Assembly: GCA_048497895.1 (NCBI GenBank)
Contig: JBEHZA010000133.1
Location: forward strand, 1-11,097
DNA from: Verrucomicrobiota bacterium
GTDB lineage: Bacteria > Verrucomicrobiota > Verrucomicrobiia > Limisphaerales > JBEHZA01
Direction of reading: 5' to 3'
Length of the DNA stretch: 11,097 nt
Shown here: piece by piece, positions 1 through 6,493 of the stretch
Layout of the letters: every line of letters starts with the position of its first letter
Position numbering within the stretch: position 1 is the first letter of the stretch
Made by a program: the position numbers and the translations under genes
The notes under the pieces: model-generated
What the model was told of the DNA's origin: nothing
Database searches by the model: none
The model's input: the letters and a program-made list of their open reading frames with translations, nothing else

Positions 1-728
1 CAGACGTCATCGATAGCCACACACCGGAGGCCGTTGGCGTATTCGAGTATGTAGGTGCAGATGCCGTCTGTATGGGGGAATTGTGTGCGTGGGTCAGTGC
101 GGGTGCTGCAATAAATGCGTTCCGGATCGCCAAACCAATAACGAAAACAATCCAGATGATGGATGGACATAATCCGCAGCGTCACCCAACCGAGTTCCGC
201 CTGCCACGGCATCCAATGCGGAATCGCCCGCATATCAATCGTCGCCAGCACCGGTTCGCCAATCGTGCCGTTTTCCAGCAACGTCTTGCCGGCGCGCACC
301 GATTGGTCATAGCGCATGTTCTGGTTCACCGCGAGTGTAATGCCCGCCTTTTCACACGCCTTCACCGCTGCCACCGCCTCCGCATAATTCATCCCGAGCG
401 GCTTTTGGGCCAGAATGCCTTTGATATGCTTTCTGGCACAGGCCGCTTTGATCAACCCCAACTGCACATTCGGCGGCACGGCAATGTCCAGCACCTCAAT
501 CGTCGGGTCGTCCAGTAACTGTTCGTAGCTGTCATAAACCCACGGAATTTGATGCCGCTTGGCCACCGCATCGGCCTTCTCGTGCGTGCGCGAGGCGATG
601 GCCACGGGTTTGAATCCCGCCTCCTCATACGCCACCAGATGGCAGTCATTCACAATGAAACCGCTGCCCAAAATTCCAATGCGGAAATCTTTTCGTTTCG
701 GCAAGGGAGCGAATATTTTCAAATCCAT
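1..728 (-). CDS. Gfo/Idh/MocA family NAD(P)-dependent oxidoreductase (N-terminal ~242 codons; the 3' end lies beyond the window start)
   Basis: ATG at complement(726..728). The minus-strand frame has no stop down to position 1, which I checked by scanning plus frame 3 for TTA/CTA/TCA. It translates to MDLKIFAPLPKRKDFRIGILGSGFIVNDCHLVAYEEAGFKPVAIASRTHEKADAVAKRHQIPWVYDSYEQLLDDPTIEVLDIAVPPNVQ...AQKPLGMNYAEAVAAVKACEKAGITLAVNQNMRYD... It has an N-terminal Rossmann-type motif (GILGSGFI) and the EKP-like AQKP motif typical of Gfo/Idh/MocA enzymes. It is absent from the ORF track only because it runs off the edge. The listed + ORF 72..518 is its antisense shadow. Confidence 0.85.
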   Translation of the reverse strand, partial: MDLKIFAPLPKRKDFRIGILGSGFIVNDCHLVAYEEAGFKPVAIASRTHEKADAVAKRHQIPWVYDSYEQLLDDPTIEVLDIAVPPNVQLGLIKAACARKHIKGILAQKPLGMNYAEAVAAVKACEKAGITLAVNQNMRYDQSVRAGKTLLENGTIGEPVLATIDMRAIPHWMPWQAELGWVTLRIMSIHHLDCFRYWFGDPERIYCSTRTDPRTQFPHTDGICTYILEYANGLRCVAIDDV

Positions 729-917
729 GTTGGCGTGTGGTGATTTGCCTTAAGGATAGGAAAAGACTGAAGAAAGACAAGCCGGGAACGCTCCCAAGTA
801 ATTGGAAGAATCCGTTACGCCGCCATCCTTGAGCACAGATAGGAGCGCGGCTTTCAGGCCGCTTCAATTTTCAAATGACGAGGGTTAAACGAATACGGAG
901 GACGTTTGAATGGTGAA

Positions 918-933
918 GCGGCATAAATGCCGC
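918..933 (-). terminator. 16-bp perfect palindrome GCGGCAT-AA-ATGCCGC, 15 bp beyond the stop of the downstream ABC-2 permease; a weak terminator candidate
   Basis: GC-rich stem GCGGC/GCCGC with an AT-rich loop. On the minus strand it is followed by ttcaccattcaaacg, which is only moderately U-containing. It also lies in the upstream region of the Gfo/Idh/MocA gene, so it could be an operator instead. Confidence 0.2.
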
Positions 934-947
934 GCTCCAAATCCCCT

Positions 948-1811
948 TTACGAACTCGCGCTCGTATAACGCCGGACACTGAAGCGCCAGACCACTTCCG
1001 AAATCAACAGGCAGATTAATCCCAATCCCAGGAGCAGCCCGATAGAGGAGGTGGAACTCACTTTATCGATCAGCAGACGCACTGGCACATTGGAAACCAG
1101 CAGCACCGGAATCACGAAGGTAAAGAACGCTTTGAACAAGCCGCGAAAGGCTTCATCCGGCAGCCGCGCAATGTTGAACAGGTTGTAGTACCCCCACACA
1201 ATCCCCTGCGCGCGCACCGTCCAGAAGCTAACGCTCGTCAACATGAACATCAGCGAGTAATGAATGCTTACCCCCACCAGACAAAGCACGAGAAACCCCA
1301 GCACCTGCCACACCGAGGGTGTAAACGCCATCTGTTTGGCCGCATACCCGATCAGGACCAGCGCGGAAGACGCATTCACGAAGCCGCCCAGATCGACCTG
1401 CCGGAAGGACAGAATAAAGCGCGTATTCACCGGCAAGAGCAGCATGAAATCGAGTTTGCCCGTCCGGATGTATTCGGAAAGCTGCGTCAGATTGGTGAGG
1501 AAAATCGCGGTGTAAAGCTGTTGAATGAAGTGGCTCGTGCCAATCAACATCACTACCTGCCACTTGGTCCAGGTGGCGATATGATCCGTGTGCATGTAAA
1601 TGACGCCGATAAAACCGAGTTGCAGCGCGAACCAAAGAAATTCGACAAAAATCCACATGATGAAGTTCGTCTTGAACCCCATTTCACGCACGACTGAGTT
1701 CTTCCATAAAGCCGCGTAAATCGTCAGGTAACGACGCACCACCGCCAGCGGCTGTTGAAAGCCGATCGCGTTGAGGGAGCCCTCATTGCCGTTGGATTTA
1801 TCGTTCGTCAT
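948..1811 (-). CDS. ABC-2 family transporter permease (COG3694/COG4587-type, PF06182-like multi-TM protein)
   Basis: 287-aa ORF with an ATG start. It is very hydrophobic with about 6 predicted TM segments, for example FIMWIFVEFLWFALQLGFIGVIY, ALVLIGYAAKQMAF and GFLVLCLVGVSIHYSLMFML. The N-terminus RRYLTIYAALWKNSVVREMGFKTNF is typical of the uncharacterised ABC-2 permease pair. It sits 19 bp downstream of a second paralogous permease on the same strand. Confidence 0.7.
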   Translation of the reverse strand: MTNDKSNGNEGSLNAIGFQQPLAVVRRYLTIYAALWKNSVVREMGFKTNFIMWIFVEFLWFALQLGFIGVIYMHTDHIATWTKWQVVMLIGTSHFIQQLYTAIFLTNLTQLSEYIRTGKLDFMLLLPVNTRFILSFRQVDLGGFVNASSALVLIGYAAKQMAFTPSVWQVLGFLVLCLVGVSIHYSLMFMLTSVSFWTVRAQGIVWGYYNLFNIARLPDEAFRGLFKAFFTFVIPVLLVSNVPVRLLIDKVSSTSSIGLLLGLGLICLLISEVVWRFSVRRYTSASS

Positions 1812-1830
1812 ATTGCCTCAACCGTTCTGC

Positions 1831-2637
1831 TTAACCACCCACCGCCGCATATTTACGAATACCCCGGCCCCAGACATACCGCGCAAACACATAAGAGGCG
1901 ATGACCCAAAATAGCTGGATCGCCAGGCCACGCCATAAGGCATCTCCGCTGGATTGCCCCAGGTAAACACTGACTGGAAAATAGATGAAATACGGAAACG
2001 GCGTGAGATAAAGCAACTGCGCCACCCACGCGGGCAAAATATCCAACGGGAATAACTGTCCGCCCGCGATATATTCAAAAGCGAACAGAATAAAGATAAA
2101 GGTGGAAACTTCCGCCACCCAAAACGCCAGCAAAGCCATGGTAAAGGAGGTGAAAAATTGCAGTAGCGCCGTCAGCAGCAGCGAAAAGCAAAACCAGAAA
2201 AAGGTAAGCACATTCGCCGGCGGCACGAAATACTTGAGCTGATAGAGAATAAACAAAGCCACCGGAATGGCCGCCACCGCGGAATAAATCAACCGCCCGG
2301 CAGCGAACAGTCCCAGCCGATACGTCAGATAATCGATCGGCTTCACGAGAAATTGGCTGATATTGCCGTCCTTGATATCGGCGGCAATCTGCCAATCATC
2401 TTCCGTTACCGCGGTGAGCGCATTTACCACGGTAACGATGAGGTAATAGGAAATCATGTGCGCGAGTGAATAGGCGCCGACCATTTCCGTATTGGCCTTT
2501 CCTTCGTAAACCGCGCGCCACAGAAAAATGGTCGCCGTCAGCGGGATGAGCCCAAAGACCGCGCGAAAGAGAAAATTCCCCCGGTACACGAGGGTATTCT
2601 GGATGCCGATATTAACGACGTGCAGGTATTTCTTCAC
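1831..2637 (-). CDS. ABC-2 family transporter permease (paralogous partner of the downstream permease); a GTG start at complement(2635..2637) is preferred, although the ORF stays open up to 2793
   Basis: An ORF of up to 320 aa. The first ~50 residues (MTGCRQRKWPGLVSSSHERSRCCERRAQAGENQ...) are Arg/Cys-rich and not protein-like. The conserved permease N-terminus KKYLHVVNIGIQNTLVYRGNFLFRAVFGLIPL begins at an in-frame GTG, read as cgt cat tgc GTG AAG AAA TAC CTG CAC. The rest is multi-TM, for example LIYSAVAAIPVALFILYQL, FFWFCFSLLLTALLQFFTSFTMALLAFWVAEV and AIQLFWVIASYVFARYVW. Confidence 0.65.
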   Translation of the reverse strand: MKKYLHVVNIGIQNTLVYRGNFLFRAVFGLIPLTATIFLWRAVYEGKANTEMVGAYSLAHMISYYLIVTVVNALTAVTEDDWQIAADIKDGNISQFLVKPIDYLTYRLGLFAAGRLIYSAVAAIPVALFILYQLKYFVPPANVLTFFWFCFSLLLTALLQFFTSFTMALLAFWVAEVSTFIFILFAFEYIAGGQLFPLDILPAWVAQLLYLTPFPYFIYFPVSVYLGQSSGDALWRGLAIQLFWVIASYVFARYVWGRGIRKYAAVGG

Positions 2638-2744
2638 GCAATGACGCCGAAATGTACGTTCAGGATCGCCTAAATGGCAAGGGAATGGTTGCTTTTGATT
2701 TTCTCCGGCTTGCGCTCTCCGCTCACAACACCTAGAACGTTCGT

Positions 2745-4331
2745 GTGAAGAAGAAACCAACCCCGGCCATTTCCGTTGGCGGCACCCTGTCACCCGGCTT
2801 GCGCCGCTATCTTTATTTTACGGCGATCATCACTGGCGCGGTGGTGCTCATCGTGGAAATTCTGGGGGCGAAGATGCTTTCTCCCTATGTGGGCACATCC
2901 CATTTCGTCTGGACGGCCCAGATTGCTGTGACCCTGCTCTCACTCGCCACGGGTTACTCCTTCGGCGGCTGGCTGGTGGACCGTTCGCAGCGCTTGTCCC
3001 GCTTATATACGTGCGTGCTGTTCGCTGCGATCTACCTCGCCTTAACCGTGGCTATTTGTGAACCTATTGCCTATTGGTGCCTGCGCTTCAATCTTGCCGT
3101 GGGCAGTGTGCTGGCCTCGTTGTTTCTATTTTTTGTGCCACTCACGCTGCTGGCCGCCGTGGGGCCTTTCCTGATCCGGGTTTTAATCCAGTCAGTCAAT
3201 GTCGCCGGCAGTCAGGCGGGACGTCTTTCCTCCGTAAGCACCTTTGGCAGCGTGCTGGGAACCATTCTTATTGGTTACGTCCTGATTCCTTACCTGCCCA
3301 ACTCCATCACCATGTATGCCACGGCGGGCATCTTAATGGTCGTCACGGTCATTTACTTCGTGGTTTGGGGCAAAAAAGATCACGAACTGGGAGGCATCAT
3401 CACTGGCATTGTCTTCGCCCTGCTCATCGGCTATCTCGGGATTCATCGTGAAAACCATTTAAAACTCGATCATCGCTCACAAATTTACCGTCACAATTCA
3501 AACTTTGGCCTGTTGCAGGTCGTGCGTGATGACGACAGCGGCATTCTTTACTATCTTAATGATTACCTGACCCAAAATGGTTACGACCCCGCGGCGAAAA
3601 AGAGCGTTCACCTTTTCACCTATATGCTGCATGGGCTCGCTCATGCGTATGCTCCGAAAACACAGGCTGTGCTGTGCATCGGTTTGGGCGTCGGCATTGT
3701 CCCGATGCGATTCGCCAATGAAGGCGCGAAGGTGGACGTGGTCGAGATCAACCCGGCCATCATTCCCGTAGCGGCCAAGTATTTCGACCTGCAACCGGAA
3801 AAATTGAACATCACCGTCGGCGATGGACGCTACTATCTGAACGAAACAAAAAAGCAATATGACGTCGTTGTGCTGGATGCGTTCCTCGGTGATGCGTCCC
3901 CATCCCACCTCATGACACGCGAAGCATTTACCGGCATCCGCAAGGTTTTGAAGCCGGAAGGCGTGCTCGTCATCAATAGCTTCGGCGATTTTGAAAACGG
4001 CAAGGATTTCCTGACTACTTCGCTGGACAAGACCTTGAAAGCAGTTTTTCCGAGTGTCCGCATTCACCATTCTGGCAATGGCAACGTCTTCTTTGTGGCC
4101 TCAAATTTATCGGCTCTGAAGGTTTTGCAGTTGCCTGACTTTAGCGAAGTTCATCCCCTGGTGGAAGGTCGCGTCGAAGCGGCGTTTGAAGGCGTTGCCA
4201 CCACCAATCCGGAGCACGGCATCATCCTGACGGACAATTATAATCCTTCCGATTTTTACGATGCGCAAAACCGCGAACGGCTGCGCCGCGCACTGGCCAT
4301 GAACATGCGCCGGGCTGACGTGGAAGAATGA
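2745..4331 (+). CDS. Fused MFS / spermidine-synthase-like membrane protein (polyamine aminopropyltransferase fold, divergent glycine motif)
   Basis: 528 aa with a GTG start, read as gtg aag aag aaa cca. The N-terminal ~230 aa is hydrophobic with multiple TM helices. The C-terminal domain has a Rossmann SAM-binding-like core VLCIGLGVGIVPMRF...KVDVVEINPAIIPVAAKYF...YDVVVLDAFLGDASPSHLMTREAF...GVLVINSF. This resembles spermidine synthase (VLIIGGGDGG...VEID...DVIIVDS), but with GLGVG in place of GGGDG. It is divergent from the permease pair and convergent with the esterase gene, with a 10-bp gap between stops. Confidence 0.8.
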   Translation: MKKKPTPAISVGGTLSPGLRRYLYFTAIITGAVVLIVEILGAKMLSPYVGTSHFVWTAQIAVTLLSLATGYSFGGWLVDRSQRLSRLYTCVLFAAIYLALTVAICEPIAYWCLRFNLAVGSVLASLFLFFVPLTLLAAVGPFLIRVLIQSVNVAGSQAGRLSSVSTFGSVLGTILIGYVLIPYLPNSITMYATAGILMVVTVIYFVVWGKKDHELGGIITGIVFALLIGYLGIHRENHLKLDHRSQIYRHNSNFGLLQVVRDDDSGILYYLNDYLTQNGYDPAAKKSVHLFTYMLHGLAHAYAPKTQAVLCIGLGVGIVPMRFANEGAKVDVVEINPAIIPVAAKYFDLQPEKLNITVGDGRYYLNETKKQYDVVVLDAFLGDASPSHLMTREAFTGIRKVLKPEGVLVINSFGDFENGKDFLTTSLDKTLKAVFPSVRIHHSGNGNVFFVASNLSALKVLQLPDFSEVHPLVEGRVEAAFEGVATTNPEHGIILTDNYNPSDFYDAQNRERLRRALAMNMRRADVEE

Positions 4332-4341
4332 TTACGCTGGC

Positions 4342-5211
4342 TTACTTCGCCGCGTTATCTTCCAGCATCAATAATTCCACGGATTCCTGCACCCAACCAC
4401 TGCCCCAGATATGTTTCCGGAAAGGTCCATCGCGGTACACATGGGAAACGCCCAGTGATTCCATAAATTCGTGAGCCTGACGCGACTCCACCTTGAAATT
4501 CTCATACCCGGTAATAATCAGGCGGGTTTGCTTTTTTAATTCCGTCGCGCGGGCCGTCAACAATTTGGTCACCTGATATTGTTCGAAATTTTCTTGTGTG
4601 CCAAAAATCGGGCCCATGCCGTATTGATTCGGTTTATCTTTCATCATGGGAGAGTCCCAGGCCGAGGCCTTGCCAAAGAGATCAGGATGCCGCAACAGCA
4701 ACGTAAAAGCGCCCCAACCGGATTTGCTGAACCCCATCAGTAACCGTCCGCGCGCTTCCCGAATGACCGGGTATTTACTGTCAACCAGCGGAAGCACCAC
4801 CTTGAGCAGATAACTCTCCTGCCGGATTTTCGGGTCCGTGGCATGATCCGCATACCAGGGTAAATGGTCGAACGTGGGTGAAACACAAATCAGATTGAAC
4901 CGGTTCTGCAACCCCAGCTTCTTCACTTCCAACAAACCATCGCCGTAATGACCGCCCACGCCTTCTTCCACCGGCAGGATATACAACACGACATAATGTT
5001 TCCCGGCTTCCACCTTGTCCGGCAAAAGCACACGCACCGGATTCACCTCATATTGATATTCGCTGCGAACGGATTCGGTGATAATCCCATCGGCATTCGT
5101 AGTGGAACTAACCACTTCGTAGGCGAAGGAACAGCAGACCTGCAAATTCAAGCAGAGAACCAGCGCGAACACGCTTTTCAATCGGTGGAGCATAGGAGCA
5201 AACCATGACAT
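4342..5211 (-). CDS. Secreted alpha/beta-hydrolase, putative esterase family (esterase D / PF00756-like)
   Basis: 289 aa with an ATG start. There is an N-terminal signal-peptide-like segment, MSWFAPMLHRLKSVFALVLCLNLQVCCSFA. The nucleophile-elbow motif GFSKSGWGA (GxSxG) and the overall layout (HYVVLYILPVEEG...WYADHATDP...LLMGFSKSGWGAFTLLLRHPDLF) are typical of the putative-esterase family. Confidence 0.7.
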   Translation of the reverse strand: MSWFAPMLHRLKSVFALVLCLNLQVCCSFAYEVVSSTTNADGIITESVRSEYQYEVNPVRVLLPDKVEAGKHYVVLYILPVEEGVGGHYGDGLLEVKKLGLQNRFNLICVSPTFDHLPWYADHATDPKIRQESYLLKVVLPLVDSKYPVIREARGRLLMGFSKSGWGAFTLLLRHPDLFGKASAWDSPMMKDKPNQYGMGPIFGTQENFEQYQVTKLLTARATELKKQTRLIITGYENFKVESRQAHEFMESLGVSHVYRDGPFRKHIWGSGWVQESVELLMLEDNAAK

Positions 5212-5257
5212 AGAAGCCGGACGGATGTCAAAAACAGGTGAAAGCGGGTTTCAATTC

Positions 5258-5373
5258 CCCGGACAGCGACCGTCCCCGGTCGCAGCAATATCCACCTGCG
5301 CAAGCGTGTTTGAAATGTCCTATCCTGTTTGTCCAAATCACCTTGCTGCGACCGGGGACGGTCGCTGTCCGGG
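5258..5373. repeat. Perfect 31-bp inverted repeat (CCCGGACAGCGACCGTCCCCGGTCGCAGCAA ... TTGCTGCGACCGGGGACGGTCGCTGTCCGGG) around a 54-bp spacer, with a nested 7-bp sub-palindrome (GCGACCG-TCCC-CGGTCGC) in each arm
   Basis: I compared the arms base by base. Arms 5258..5288 and 5343..5373 are exact reverse complements, and mismatches flank them immediately. The repeat lies in the 166-bp intergenic gap between the CA-DUF4339 gene, whose stop is at 5378..5380, and the esterase start at 5211. The small ORFs listed across this region (5225..5419+, 5238..5474+, 5338..5544-) are palindrome artefacts. Confidence 0.9.
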
Positions 5374-5377
5374 AGGG

Positions 5378-6472
5378 TCAGTACGGACGCTTGGGATATT
5401 TCTCAGTTCGTCCAGATGAACCGATGGAGGGCGGAAGAGGAATAATCGGCGGCGGGCTGCTTTTAGCGTATTGATGCAACGGCTTCCACTCGGAACTGCC
5501 ATCCACTTGAGCCGGAGTTTGCCAATCGATGCGGTTCTCCCCAATCCATTGGATCACTTTAGCGCCGGAAATGGGACCATACATTTTCTGGTCTCCACCG
5601 ATGACTTTGTACCGTTTCGTTTTATCCAATCGCATTTCCAATTCCGCGGCGGTGAGTTGACCCGGCGGAACCGGTTTTACTTCCTGCGTCACCAAAACCG
5701 GTTGCGCCACCACGGGCGTCGTCGGGGTTTTGATTTCAGAAAGATTGATTTCCTGCATCTTTAAATCCGGCACGTTCCGTCCGATTTCGGACGAAGTCTG
5801 CCCGATTTTAGTTTCGGGAAACTTTATTTCACCGAGGTTGAACGCCGGCAGGGCGCTCGTGGTATCCCCGATCTTCGCGGATTGAGCGGTCGCTGCGGTT
5901 GGCATCTGGAAAGTGGCACGTTCCAAAACCTGATAGCCATTCACCAGCCATTCCAATTTCCCGGTGGCAACATCCAGCAACAAGCCGTGCACTGGAATTT
6001 TAGGGCCAATCAAAGGACTGGAGCGGACGATCTCTACAGCTTTCATGACGTTCTGCCGTTCACTGGCAAATAGCCCGAAATATTCATTCAAATTCTCCGG
6101 CAATTGCGACCGGTCAACGCCCATGGAGCGAAACGCCTCGGTCAGCTTGAATGTCGTCGTCTTGCACACCAGGCAATCAGTATGGCCGATGATCGCGATC
6201 TCACGCCCCCCTTTGATCGCGCAAGCCATCGCCAGTGAACGCATGGTGCTGCTGAGCGGGCCGGTAATGATATTCCCCGCATTCCGCAACCAGATGAACT
6301 TGTCGGCTGGCACGCCGAGCACGTCCGGAAGCAAAGCATTCAGACGGGCGTCAATGCACGTGACTGCGGCCAAAGGCAGCGCATCCGCAAATTCGGAGGG
6401 ATGCAATCCGGCGCCGGCATCTCCCGCTACCGCGCGGTTATTGGCGTCAATAATGGCTTCTAGCAGTCGCAT
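5378..6472 (-). CDS. Beta-class carbonic anhydrase fused to a C-terminal DUF4339/GYF-like domain via a low-complexity repeat linker
   Basis: The N-terminal ~190 aa carry the beta-CA zinc-ligand motifs CxDxR (VTCIDARLN) and HxxC (IIGHTDCLV), plus LRNAGNII. The middle is a T/P/V/E-rich linker with short degenerate 'EIK/EIG' repeats. The C-terminal ~50 aa, RYKVIGGDQKMYGPISGAKVIQWIGENRIDWQTPAQVDGSSEWKPLHQ, match the DUF4339 (GYF-like) pattern Y..G.q.GP.s...v..W...G.i...T.v...g.seWkpl. The ATG at complement(6470..6472) is preferred, and the track ORF starts 3 codons upstream at TTG 6481. This gene lies 21 bp downstream of the J-domain gene stop. Confidence 0.8.
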   Translation of the reverse strand: MRLLEAIIDANNRAVAGDAGAGLHPSEFADALPLAAVTCIDARLNALLPDVLGVPADKFIWLRNAGNIITGPLSSTMRSLAMACAIKGGREIAIIGHTDCLVCKTTTFKLTEAFRSMGVDRSQLPENLNEYFGLFASERQNVMKAVEIVRSSPLIGPKIPVHGLLLDVATGKLEWLVNGYQVLERATFQMPTAATAQSAKIGDTTSALPAFNLGEIKFPETKIGQTSSEIGRNVPDLKMQEINLSEIKTPTTPVVAQPVLVTQEVKPVPPGQLTAAELEMRLDKTKRYKVIGGDQKMYGPISGAKVIQWIGENRIDWQTPAQVDGSSEWKPLHQYAKSSPPPIIPLPPSIGSSGRTEKYPKRPY

Positions 6473-6493
6473 AATTTTCAAGTTCCGGGGCGC

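Noticed and set aside
72-518. 148-aa + strand ORF (MGELCAWVSAGAAINAFR...)
   Set aside because: It sits exactly antisense and in codon phase with the Gfo/Idh/MocA gene, whose translation is clearly protein-like. The + translation is Arg/His-rich with no recognisable fold, so it is a shadow ORF.
606-620. tRNA T-arm-like motif GGGTTTGAATCCCGC
   Set aside because: It lies inside the oxidoreductase CDS, and no acceptor, D-arm or anticodon-arm context can be built around it. It is a coincidental match.
1831-2793. Full-length 320-aa version of the upstream ABC-2 permease ORF
   Set aside because: The first ~50 codons encode an Arg/Cys/Ser-rich, non-hydrophobic peptide (MTGCRQRKWPGLVSSSHERSRCCERRAQAGENQ), unlike permease N-termini. 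They would also run through the divergent promoter region towards the + gene at 2745. The internal GTG at complement(2635..2637) gives the conserved KKYLHV... start, so the shorter call is preferred.
3498-4070. 190-aa - strand ORF inside the MFS/spermidine-synthase-like gene; other internal or antisense ORFs include 1228..1656-, 1260..1697+, 2075..2395-, 3074..3451+, 5964..6497+, 6550..6852+, 6701..6985+, 7107..7406-, 9873..10415- and 10190..10468+
   Set aside because: Each overlaps a confidently called gene on the opposite strand or in another frame. Each has a biased, non-protein-like composition and shows no domain signatures.
5225-5544. Three small ORFs (64, 78 and 68 aa) across the 5212..5377 intergenic palindrome
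   Set aside because: They are generated by the 31-bp inverted repeat, since a palindrome reads open on both strands. The region is better explained as a structured non-coding element.
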